Shown here: piece by piece, positions 52,999 through 64,000 of the stretch
Layout: every line of letters starts with the position of its first letter
Numbering within the stretch: position 1 is the first letter of the stretch
Origin: Callorhinchus milii
Taxonomy: Eukaryota
NCBI RefSeq assembly: GCF_018977255.1
Contig: NW_024704742.1
Coordinates: 42,348,001-42,412,000 of the forward strand
DNA length: 64,000 nt
Direction of reading: 5' to 3'
Notes under the pieces: generated by a model
The model's input: the letters and a program-made list of their open reading frames with translations, nothing else
Database searches by the model: none
What the model was told of the DNA's origin: nothing
Translations under genes and position numbers: made by a program

Positions 52999-53554
52999 GA
53001 AAGACATCACCATCGTTTTTGTCATGATTGCTATCTTTCTGAATGATCATTCTTTTTAGACACCCCCACTGCCCGCCTTCTCTTTTCAACTCCCATCCCC
53101 CATTCGTCTGGGCTCCCAGGCACTTGTGTAAAGCGCTTTGATAGGTGAAAGGAGCTATATAAATGTAAATTGTTGTTGTTATTTGGCTTTAAAATGATCT
53201 TGCCCATAAAATATACAGTCAATTCACTTTACAGTATATTCTATGAAGCGCTTTGTAAATTCTTGAAGACATGATAAGGCGCTATATGTCAATATCAAAT
53301 GAAAGGATTATTATTATCTCTATTGGGGTTTGCAAAATGCAACATTGGGGTTTGCAGCAAGCCATGACAAGTCTGTGTCCAATAAAAGACAATTGAACCT
53401 CCTTTCACCCCCTTCCTCCTAATTCAATTTGCTTCTCTCAGGAAATGAGGGATATTCCCATTATGACAATTTTCAAGCTGTTTCTTTCTCTCTCTTCACC
53501 TCTCCTCTCCTGAAGAGAATCACTCACACTGAGGCTCTCACCCAAAAACAAAGC

Positions 53555-53792
53555 CTGCGCAGATTGTTGGCCAGGACACCAGGAGAAACTCCCTTCACTT
53601 TTCAAACAGTGCCATGGATCTATAACATCCACCTAAATAGGCAGAACAAACTTTGATTTAACGTCTCATCTGAAGCAAGGCACATTCAACAATGTTGCAT
53701 TGGAGTGTCAGCCCAGAGTCTGAGTTCAAAATCCCGATGTGGGGCTTGAATGCTATGACTGAGCTGGAGTGCTACCAGCTGACAACTGGCAG
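53555..53792 (-). mobile_element. Family B SINE fragment (head and core)
   Basis: TTGGCCAGGACACCAGGAGAAACTCCC core. Confidence 0.7.
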
Positions 53793-54239
53793 ACACCTCC
53801 TCAACAAAATGGAAAGGGGCTTGCTTTACAACCAAACCCAATCTTAATCTCATCCTAAATCCTCTCACATATACTTTCCTGAAAGGGGGAGGATATCACT
53901 GGATAGTGTTAAAGAACTTAATCCATGGGTGATTTTTGCCCTCTTTAATCTAGGGCCACTGAGACCGAATTGAGCTCTTCTGCTGCTATCTCAACTGAAA
54001 TCAATCAAGTCAATTTAAATTTAATTTAAGTCTGCGCAGACCTGGGAGCTTCTGGATTTGTTGAGGAAGATATCAGCACAGTTGTAATGTTACTACAGTC
54101 AGCATTAAACTCTCCTGAATACTTCAGCGCACTGCACCAGCACCCAGGTAACACAGTAACATTGATCCCCACATACGCAACATCGTTGGTGTAACTTGAT
54201 TAAAACTTCATATATATTCTGAGAATTATTTTTCAGATG

Positions 54240-54535
54240 ATATGTTAAACCAAGTCTGCTTATTCAGGTGGATGTTAAAGATCCCATGGCACTATTACGA
54301 AAAAGAAAAGCAAGTTTCTCCTGGTGTCCTGGCCAACAATTCCTTAAATAATATTTGTTATTCATTTCATGGCTGTTTGTGGGAGATTGTTGTGTGCAAA
54401 TGGGCTGCCGAGTTTGCCCACAAAATGCACAGTCACTTCACATTACAGTATATCTTGTAAAGCACTTTGAGATGGCGTCCCAATATATGAGGTGCTATAT
54501 CATATTTAATGATTGTTATTACTGTTATTATTGTT
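54240..54535 (+). mobile_element. Family B SINE, 5'-truncated
   Basis: GGATGTTAAAGATCCCATGGCACTATT core plus tail. Confidence 0.8.
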
Positions 54536-55975
54536 GTCTCAATGAGTCTACCAAACTGCATGGTGATGTGATGTACCCAGATGATGTTTTCCCATTAAGC
54601 TGCCACAAGATTTGCTGCAATATCTCATAAGGTTTTTTTTTACCTGCTGGATAGCTCACAGAACAGTTCTGGCATTCAGATGCCATTAATCCTTTTATCA
54701 AAGCTACAATATTCAAGTCAGGCTCAGTAGCTTCATTGCTACTTAAACACTTGCAGTTTTTCCATATAGAAAATCCAATTTAAATATTGATGTCATATCA
54801 ATTTTTCTATGAAACATATCTTTCTTGATTCACCTTACAGCTATTATTCACAATGTTCTACAAAGAAATATTCTGTGCATCCACAGGTTATCTTTTCCTT
54901 ACCAAGTGCATTGCAAAGTTAATGTCACTGGTTGAGTTGGAATAATTGATGCACCTTATTACTGAAACCTGCTTCAAATCCTCCACAGTTTCAGAGCTTT
55001 CTTTGCACAAACTACCAAGGACTATGGTAAGGGTGGAGGTCAAAACAGTGAAAAGCTTGTAAGGTTATTTCCATTTCATTACCACAGACTGTCATGAAGT
55101 GCCAACCATCCACAGAAAACCTTTGCAAGCTCTGAGGAAAAAGGGGTTGATAATGACTAAAATAGTAGCTATCAAGCCAAGGGCAGAAATCCACAAACTC
55201 AGCTGCAATAAGTTACAGCTAAGTGAAGGCAATGGGAATAAATAAGAGTTGAATATTTTGAACAGGTTTACAGGTCTTGTTTTTTTTATCTCTCTGCAGA
55301 TCCAGTACTGTCTCCATCTGAATGATTTATGTATTTGATGAGAACCTTCAATCTATGGACAGAGAATGTCTGGTCCGAGCAAGCAATGTGAAGAATAAAG
55401 TGTGACAAGTGACCAGAAAGCATGAAAGAGGGTGGAAAGGATGTAAAACCTGACTTTGAGTTCAAGCAGAGAAGCATCACAAGAGAGATGGGATCAGGAT
55501 GCATCACTTAAGCACCAGGTAAAAATAAATAAAAGGCAACTTCAGAGGAAATAACTTGGAATGTAAAATACTCTCAAGAGAGACATAAACATGTCAAAAA
55601 GTGAATGGATCAATAACCGGGGCAAAATGGCTCCTATAGTGATCAGGGGTTATAACAGAGGAAGTTCAATAGCAACAGGACCAAGGTTGCGACCCAACTA
55701 TTTTTGTACCGAACAGTCTGATCTTTGAGCGAGCTTTTCGGAAACTTCTAAAATGTAAACTGGACATTGGAAACCCGAAATCCCACCCAGTTTTAGATGT
55801 AAGATCATTTTGATTAAAATATAAGATCGGGTAGATTTGTGGAAAATTCATAAATTTCATCTTAACTTGGTTCTTGTTAATATTTGTGGAAAACTGGTTT
55901 CCAACTTAAGACTGCATTAAGCACAGATGGAGTTCTGGGCCTCAAAAGGTTGTTTTGTTTAAAATGAATGTGTGT

Positions 55976-56300
55976 GTCAGTCTGGCTCAGTGTAGCACTC
56001 TGACCTCTGAGTCAGAAGGTTGTGGGTTCAAGCCCCCTCATTGGGATATTTGAATTTACATATTTGGACTGGCACTCTAAAGAAAGCTGGGAGTCGTGCT
56101 GCATGTTGGAGATGCCATCTTTTAAGTTAAATGTTCAACTGAGGTTCTGTCTGCCTGATCATGTGGATGTTAAAAATCTCATGGTACGATTCAAATTAGA
56201 GAAGGGAATTTCTTCCGATGGCCTGGCCAACAATCTCCTAGATAAATTTGGTGATTCACTTCATGACTGTCTTGGACATTGTACAAATAGGCTGCCATGT
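55976..56300 (+). mobile_element. Family B SINE, 3'-truncated
   Basis: Head with A/B-box-like motifs and core. Confidence 0.75.
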
Positions 56301-56944
56301 TCACAAAAACAAAAAGGCTACTGTGTCAAATTTGAGCAAAAACTGCTAATGCTAAAAAGCACAAAGATCCAAGGAAAGAAGGAGAGGTACTTCGGGACAA
56401 ATGAAAAATAAAATTTCAGAACAGACTTATTGGGAAAAAATTCCTCCGGGGTATAGATCCACTCTACGAAAGCTGCATTTTAGACCATGCAGACTTTGGC
56501 AAATTCTTAAATACAGTCTTATTATTAAGATTGTATTTAACAAGTACTCTGGTACGCTGCCCCATGTGAAGGGCACTATATAAATGCAAATTTGTTGTTG
56601 TAATATTGAAGCCTTTTTTTCTATAAGTTCTTTTAAGAAACTGCAGCCAAAACGTCTTCAAAGTTATGAATGAATTTAATAATTAGCAAAATTCTACATG
56701 CTGTGAAATGCTTTATAAATAGAGGGTTTACCCAACATGAGGATAAAGATCAGATGAATGTATTGGCATATTCAGTGAACAATGAGTGATAGATTTCTAT
56801 ATCATTCTTTTCTGGGTTACCAGCTGCAAATTATACTCCTCATACATAGTGATCCCATTATAATGTGGTATTTTGGATCAAAAAAATGAGACCCCGTACT
56901 CTAACGGGTCTACAAAAAAAATGCCTGCCAGTCCTGCTTCCCTG

Positions 56945-57451
56945 TCAGCCCATGTCCTCTCCCACACTAGGCTCCGCGATCCTATCACCCCATCCTTGGC
57001 CAACTCCACTGGCTTCCCATCACACAGAGGATACAGTTCAAGATCCTGGTCCTCACCTTCAAAGCCCTCCATTGCCTTGCTCCCCTCTATCTCTGAGACC
57101 TCCTAACCCCCTACCATCCTGTTCGCTCCATCTGCTCAGTGGGCTCCGACCTGCTTCACATCCCCCGCCTCCCTCGCCCCACTATTGTCGGGTGGACCTT
57201 CCGCCACTCTGCCCCCACCCTCTGGAACTCCATCCTTTAGTCCCTCCACCTCGCCTCCTCCCTCCCCACCTTCAAGACCCAACTCAAGACCCTCCTCTTC
57301 GGCCGTGCTTTCGATCTCCCTGCTTCCCCCCCTGCCCTCCACCCTCCCCCACCCTGACCCCCAGCTCGGGTTCATAACACTGTCTATCCAGCATCTTGGG
57401 ACGTCCTCCCGACGTGAAAGGCGCTTTACAAATATCATTTTGTTGTTGTTT
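56945..57451 (+). mobile_element. L2-clade LINE 3' end with intact stem-loop and TTG tail
   Basis: Closely similar to 27792 and 28511 copies. Confidence 0.88.
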
Positions 57452-58084
57452 AAATGGATCTCTGAAGAGTGAGTCCAGTGTAATTATCATCTATTATACA
57501 TTTACTGCATCGGTGAAAATTATAACCGTCTTGAAACCATCAGGATCCAATGCAAGTCCTGCTGGTTTAGAGCCTGTCTACACTAATCATTTGGTGGGAA
57601 ATCACTATTAAAATCCTGACGACTTGCCTCAGAACGTGTAACGTGAATGCAGTATCGGCCTTAGTTAACAAGTTTTGCAGTTTGCAGCAGCTTCTAAATC
57701 ACTTAAGTAGATCCCAGCCTTCTGTTTGCTCCCAAGTGATCGTGGGGTGAGCTCCCCAGACCCCATATCACAATTAGCAGCAAGACAATGAGTCCAAGAA
57801 GGGATCCGAAACTGCTTTAGATGTCAAAAACAGACAAAGCATCAAACAGGAAAGGCTAAGTTGAGTAAAGCACTGTGTCGAGGTCAATTTTACATTGCTT
57901 CTTTATGGATTTTGGGATTAAGAGATTCAGAAAAGAACTCTTTCCAGTAAAAGGAAATGTGTCGCACAACTTCCCTCTGACTCAATGGAAATCTGCTCCG
58001 AAAATAGATTTAAATTGGAACACTGTGGACATTGTGGACTTTAGAACTTCCAAAGAAACTTATTAATATCATGAGATCAAATGC

Positions 58085-58350
58085 TAATAATAGTCCTTAT
58101 ACAGCACTTCTCACATTGGGAGGACGTCTCAAAGCTCTTCACAAGATACACTGTAAAGTGAAGTGTATATTTTATAGAGGAATGCGGCAGCCAATATGCA
58201 CATAGAAATGACCACAAAACTGCCAATTTTATTTGGGGATTATTGGTCAAGACATTGGAAGAAACTCCCTCTCTTTACAAATAGTTTCATGGAATCTCTA
58301 ACATCCAACTAAGCAGGAAGATGGGGCTTTGGTTTAAAGTCTCATCTGAA
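58085..58350 (-). mobile_element. Family B SINE, 5'-truncated
   Basis: Tail and core motifs. Confidence 0.7.
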
Positions 58351-59782
58351 GTTGTACACAAGTTGGCAGTTTCATTTTCTTTCAAAATACACAGTCACTA
58401 CATTTTACAGTAAATCCTGTGGAGTGCTTTGGGAAAGCTGCTCAATGTGAAAGTTGCGCAACAACAAGAACTTGCACTTATATAGCACCCTCCACTCAGG
58501 GTAGCGTCTCAGAGCGCTATACCATAAGAAGAGACTAAATGCAAGGATTATTTATTTTAATTATTAGATGATGAAAGGGCAGGAATTAGAGTGTGTAGAA
58601 GCTGAAATGTGTAAGATTAGATTTTCAGTTTTTTTTTGTGTGAGGTTTATTCAGTATAATCATTCTGTGCACAGATTTTCTCCCCTTTCCACAGTATTAT
58701 CAAGAAGGAACAGCCGCTTCAATTAAAATAGAACATGTCTACACACAGTGGGGTAAAAATGCAATGTGTTTGACAGGTTCAATGTGTTATTGAATATGTT
58801 ATCAAATCTGTAGTATAGATATTTCACATTTTTCACACCACTATCTCAGAACATAACCCCATAACGGAACGATCACTGTATGATTACTAATTATTTTATT
58901 ACATTAAACCTGGGGAACTGAGAGGAGAGGAGCTGATAAATGTAGGGAGCCAAGATTGCCAAAAGAATGGCTGTAAAAGATAAGTTTTAAAGCAGATTTT
59001 GAAGGAGAAAAGGAAGCAGACAAAGATGGAGGGACTCCAGGATGGTGTTCCAGAGAGTGGGGTAGATTGGTTGAATAATTGCCCACTGATGGATCAGATG
59101 GGGGACATGAAGCAGGCCAGTGTTTGCTGAAAATAATTCATCAGCAGGAATGTAAAAAGGAATAGGTCCAGATAATTCAATCAAAACCCATTCCTTCTAT
59201 AGAAAATACAGTAAAAACAAATTATATTGTTAGGAATAGAAAGTTACATATATTTTTGAGTGAATGATTGCCTTCTTTCTCACATGTCTCAAACTCTTCC
59301 TTCTTCAGAAACCAAAAAATACATCTGGTTGCCTTTTAATGCCATTTATTTTACTTCTCTTCAAACCCATTCCAGATATCTATTGTTATTTGTATGAAAT
59401 TCATTCAGTCCTTCGCTTATTCCTACTTGCTCAATGTGAAACTTTGAATATATTAACTGGATGAAGTTCACGTTTTATGTGCAGTTAAGCTGAGGTCCTG
59501 TCTTGGGGAAGACCTTAAAGATCCCATGACATTATTTTGAAGAAAAGCAGGGAGCAAATTTCTGTACAGCCAATTCCCCAAATCTAGTTAACTATTTTTT
59601 GCTGCCATAGATTTATGTCTTTAGATAAACTACCAGCATGAGACCACAATTGCAAAAGCAAGGATTTCACATGTTTAACCAAGACATTTTTAGCATTTGA
59701 AAGAGAAACATACAGCATTAATATTAGAATTGGCAGCAATAGAGTGATGACACTCAAAACCATAACCTGTCTTTCTCTTTCA

Positions 59783-60048
59783 GATAATAATAATAATTAT
59801 TGCATTTGATATAGTGCCTTATCACGTTGTTGAGATGCCTCAAAGCGCTTCACAGAATATACTGTAAAATTAATTGACTATATTTTGTGGGCGAAATGCG
59901 GCAGCCAATTACGCACAGCAGTGTCCCACAAACAGTTGTGGATTGAGTGACCAAATTATCTTTTTTTAAAAAATTGAAGAGATTATTACCCACGGAAAAG
60001 CAATCTGCCAATCGACCAACAATCGGGTTCCTACTTACTGCTAAGTAA
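59783..60048 (-). mobile_element. 5'-truncated family A long SINE
   Basis: Matches the 63119 copy up to the internal block. Confidence 0.82.
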
Positions 60049-60354
60049 TCATTACCTTCCTGTGGATTTCCAGTGTTTTCTGCTTTTATTTCAGTTTTGC
60101 AAAGTCTACAATTTTCCTTTTTGATTCATGTAACGTTATTCAAGCAGTTTTGCTTTCACAGCCTGGGTGCTTCCCAATCGAAACCTAGAGCATCACTGTC
60201 TGCAGGACTCACCGAGAGTGGCTCTAAGCTCTGCCAAGTGCCATGGACTTTAGCAATCTTAAATTCCCTCATCTCACTCAGATAATCAATTGTTGCATAA
60301 ATTCTGCACATCGTGCCTGAATCTCTTCCCACCTGATCTGTTCTTCCCTTTGCC

Positions 60355-60490
60355 TGAAATAAAAGCAGAAAAGGCTGGAAATATACAGCAGATTGATCAC
60401 CGTCTGAAAGAGAAAGACAGGTTTATGCTTCGGATGCAACCCTATCGGATGCTCTTGGACTTGCTCAGCATTTGTTATTTCCTTTTCTCT
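60355..60490. mobile_element. Possible decayed Penelope-like terminal repeat
   Basis: AAAAGCAGAAAAGGCTGGAAATATACAGCAG...GACTTGCTCAGCATT resembles a shark Penelope-type repeat as recalled; AACCTGTCTTTCTCTTTCAGA also occurs inverted near 59765. Confidence 0.4.
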
Positions 60491-62047
60491 CTCCTCCATG
60501 CCTCCCTAACACACAGACGGATGGGTTACTGTGCTAAAACTGCCGATCATACTCATCTCATCAGCACATGCAGCCTGAATTCATATTAGAGTGAAAAATT
60601 TCATATGTGATGTGACATGTGGATTGCCATTGCCTGCAGCAGCCTGTTACTGTCATCAGACATTCAACACTTAAACTCTTCTGCCTGAGCGTTTAATTTT
60701 ACCAGATTACTTGACATTATAGAGCAGGAAAGGGGGGTGGGGGGTCATGTGTCTAGGCCCCCTCCCCAACCCTACACTGTTTCAATGATTACAAAATGTT
60801 AACATTAGATCATGCGCTGATATAAAATATAGGAGAGAATTCGGCCCTAACATTTTTTTGCTCCTTTAAAGTGAAATTGCTTCTAAGTGAATTAAAACAA
60901 AAATAAAATCTCTGTTACAATCACCCAGCAACAGCTTCTCCAAACCTGAAATGATCATCTTTGTGAGCACTTCGCTAATGTCCAACACATCAATGTTGTC
61001 AATAGGTCCAGTGGGGATTGATTTGTTCAATAGTAACTTTGTTACTATCACAGTATTGGGCAATAATCTATTAATTAGAAACATTTACTAACTAACATTT
61101 ACCAAGATACACTGAGTTTTTTTTTAATTAAAAAAGTCTGATTGAAAGAAAACTTAATCTAAACTTTTTTTAAGATCTTCACTGAATGGCAGCAATTAAA
61201 ATGGGAATTGGAAAAGTCAGATCTCAAGTGCATCATTACCAAGGGTTTAAAGAAGCAACGGGAAGCTTAATGTAATACTGTGACTACTTTCATTCTGAGC
61301 ACTGCACAGGTATTTCTGGTCCGAAATGAAATTTCAAACTAAATTATGTTTTAATAAAATAAACTGTAATAACATTTATTTCACTGCATTCTTCTAAGTC
61401 TACTTTTCTTGGTAATTATTTTCCTATTTTGATAAAAAGTTATTTCCCAATCAATTGAAGCAAAATAACTAATATCAAGAACAAATGAAAGAGAGAGACA
61501 TAAACTACAGTCAAAGAATTAAAAGCTTTCGCATCTGGTGATAGAATAAAGCAAAAAACGTCGGTATCTGTACAGGTAGCATCGGAAAGTAATTTTAAAC
61601 AGAACAAACTCTTGTATACCTGACATGTTAAGGTTTGTGCACTACTAGGGATTAATATCGGGGTCCAGAACATACAAATGAGGGCAGGGACTTCTATGAT
61701 AATCTGTCTCATTGGCGATACCACAGAGGGCATCCACAGAAAGAGCAACACTGCCTTCACTGTCAGAGTTGCCAGCGACATTTATGGGGTTTCCAACCAT
61801 CGAAGCCACCAGCCTCCTCCACAGCAGCACCCAATTTCGAATTTGACTCCAACACTGAATATCAGAAAGTCAAGGTTGCAGATCTTCTGTGACAGAAGGC
61901 TACATGCACAACACAGTCAGCAGTTAAAGAGTTACAGACAACATTCAAAGTACACAGTGAGACTTTGCTTTCACATCGTCGCCAAACACTGGGAATTCAA
62001 CACTGCAAACGGCATGTTTTAGTGTTAAAAACAAGTAACTTCCTTAC

Positions 62048-62159
62048 CTTCGGAGAAATCAATTAGACCTAGGAAATGGAGCAATTTGATAGATGCGCAA
62101 ATAATCATAACAATGCCCACAGTCTGCAGACCCTCCGACTCCCACTCTGCATTCAGCAT
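62048..62159 (-). CDS. KCNIP4: KCNIP4 alternative first coding exon (exon Ie / KChIP4e-type hydrophobic N-terminus), MLNAEWESEGLQTVGIVMIICASIKLLHFLGLIDFSE
   Basis: Manual translation: ATG at 62159, 37 codons + 1 nt, donor GAAG|GTAAGG at 62047. Phase 1 fits exon II and exon III. Closely resembles the mammalian KChIP4e N-terminus as I recall it. Not in the ORF track (too short). Confidence 0.93.
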
Positions 62160-62179
62160 TTTTGCACCAAGCAAATCAT
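62153..62179 (-). promoter_or_regulatory. Out-of-frame upstream ORF (MICLVQKC*) overlapping the exon Ie start codon
   Basis: ATG at 62179, 20 nt upstream of the main ATG; TGA at 62155-62153. Relevant only if transcription starts upstream of 62179. Confidence 0.5.
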
Positions 62180-63118
62180 GCCACTATTCTTTTTACCGGG
62201 GCTGAGTAATCCGGTGCTTCTAGTGAGAATAGTTAAAATCCCAAACTGAGCAACTGTGCAGAGGAGGCTACCTTGCCATCGCTACACTTGAACTAATTGC
62301 TCACAATGATTGCTCGAAAATGTCATCTGAACCTTGCATACCATGCTTTCATCAGCCGCTGATTTTATTAGTATTGAGTTCTCTGAGAATGCTCCTGTGA
62401 CCAGTAACCCTTCAGCACAACTCCACATTCAACAAGAACACTCCCACCCTGCATTTGGAAACATCTGTGAACTGGAGTCAGTGAGAGGCTGCTGTGTCGT
62501 TTTTTAAAAAAAGATAATACTGTACAAAAATACGCAACGTGCACTAGGGAGCACACAGCAACTTACTCAGAGCTAAACTCACTATGTTTAAGACACAGTC
62601 AAATCATATTACTTCAACAAAGGATAGTATTATTTTACCCTTGAAATGCCACTAATTTTGATAAGCTTACATTCCCTCCTTTTGACAGACTGATGATGCC
62701 TGATTTCATTCAATCCGTTTGCAAGGCAACCTCAAGAAATCAGTTCTCCAGGAACATTGCACATATACACACCACATCTCTTGTCTGATTCTTTGCAAAC
62801 AAAATACTGAAATTCAGTGTGCTTCATTTCAATTAAACAATGGAAAACTTGAAACTGGTAGCATCATGGAACAGGGCTCAATGTATCAACTCTGCATGTC
62901 CCATACAAACTAACAGCAAGACTGCAGGTGTTGTCAAGAGTTTCTGAAATTCATTTGATATCTTCAAATATGAATTTGATAACAAACTCCCAGGAGACTG
63001 AGTGAACTAGATTCTAAAACAATAGTTTTGCCCTAGCATGCACAGTCTGCCAGGATTTTAGAATCTTTTCTTCAATGAATTGGGTTGAATTGCTTAATGT
63101 CTGTGTCAAGTGATTAAT

Positions 63119-63489
63119 ATAATAATAATAATAATAATCCTTGCATTTGATATAACGCCTTACCACGTCTTCTAGACGTCCCAAAGCGCTTCACAGAATA
63201 TAATATAAAGTGAATTGACTGTATATTGTGTGGGTGAATCACGGCAGCCAATTGTGCACAGCAGTGGCCCACAAACAGTTGTGGATTAAGTGACCAAATT
63301 ATTATTTTTTTTGATGCAATTATTACCCCGGAAAAGCGATCTGCCAATCGACTAACAACCGGGTTCCTACTTACTGCTAGGTAAACAAAGACATGTGTAG
63401 TAAGGAAACTTGCCCAAAGTTTTGCTCTGCCCGGGAATCAAACTCTCATTTGCGAGGCGAGTGCTTGAACCACTGAGCTAGAGGACTCC
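63119..63489 (-). mobile_element. tRNA-derived SINE, family A long form
   Basis: Family A head, long internal block, (TAT)n tail. Confidence 0.88.
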
Positions 63490-64000
63490 ATTCCTATGGA
63501 ACGCTGTGTCCTTCTTTAATAAAATCATGTATTCGGTGAATAATTTTTGTTCCACACATTAGTTTCTAAGCAAGCCACGTTTAATAGAAGATGCCTTTTA
63601 AATGTGGGAAGAAGTATATCCTATCAAGCCTTGACCTAAATATGTCACTGTCTTTGGGTTTAGTGCAGGTGGTGTAGATGTCCTTTTGTTTCTTGAATTC
63701 TAGAATTGAACTAGATTATTTCTGAAGCTTTAAATAGGATGATAGGAGTATTAAACAACCAGTGCCTCAGGGGCAGTTATCTCAGGGTCAATGATGCAGG
63801 AGGAAAGTTTATGTCCATCAGGAAATAATTGAGCTGTTGTCATAATGCTTACAATTTTTTTTAATGTAACATATTTTTTAACATAACCTAAAAATAAGAA
63901 TTTTACAGTGCCAGATGCTTCCTGCAACAGATATTGATCACAAGAAAGGTTCAGATGAAGAATTCCCTCCAGCTCATTTGAACTTATCCTCCGAGAACAC

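Noticed and set aside
61440..62022. 113-114-aa ORFs next to exon Ie
   Set aside because: No recognisable domains; lengths reachable by chance.

Overview
Eukaryotic, AT-rich, repeat-dense genomic DNA. The repeat content (DeuSINE-like tRNA-derived SINEs, L2 and CR1 LINE relics) points to a cartilaginous fish, possibly a chimaera/elephant shark (inference). The window lies inside one minus-strand gene, KCNIP4 (Kv channel-interacting protein 4, KChIP4). I found six coding exons by reading the reverse strand: an alternative first exon encoding a hydrophobic KChIP4e-type N-terminus (62159-62048), the 102-nt cassette exon II (25600-25499), and four core EF-hand exons (15166-15042, 8611-8543, 6993-6923, 5573-5466). 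The last exons were not found and presumably lie left of position 1. Most ORFs in the supplied track are spurious or transposon-derived. Main observations: exon II has a non-canonical GC donor, a cluster of upstream UGCAUG motifs and flanking inverted repeats; one core exon is 1 nt short (frameshift in a homopolymer, probably an assembly error); a uORF overlaps the start codon of the first exon; SINEs and L2 share an identical 3' stem-loop; and there are two fold-back hairpins made from retroposon sequence. I see no firm evidence for a wholly new biological system; the best candidate is a hypothetical multi-layer splicing switch around exon II. Repeat boundaries are approximate (by eye).
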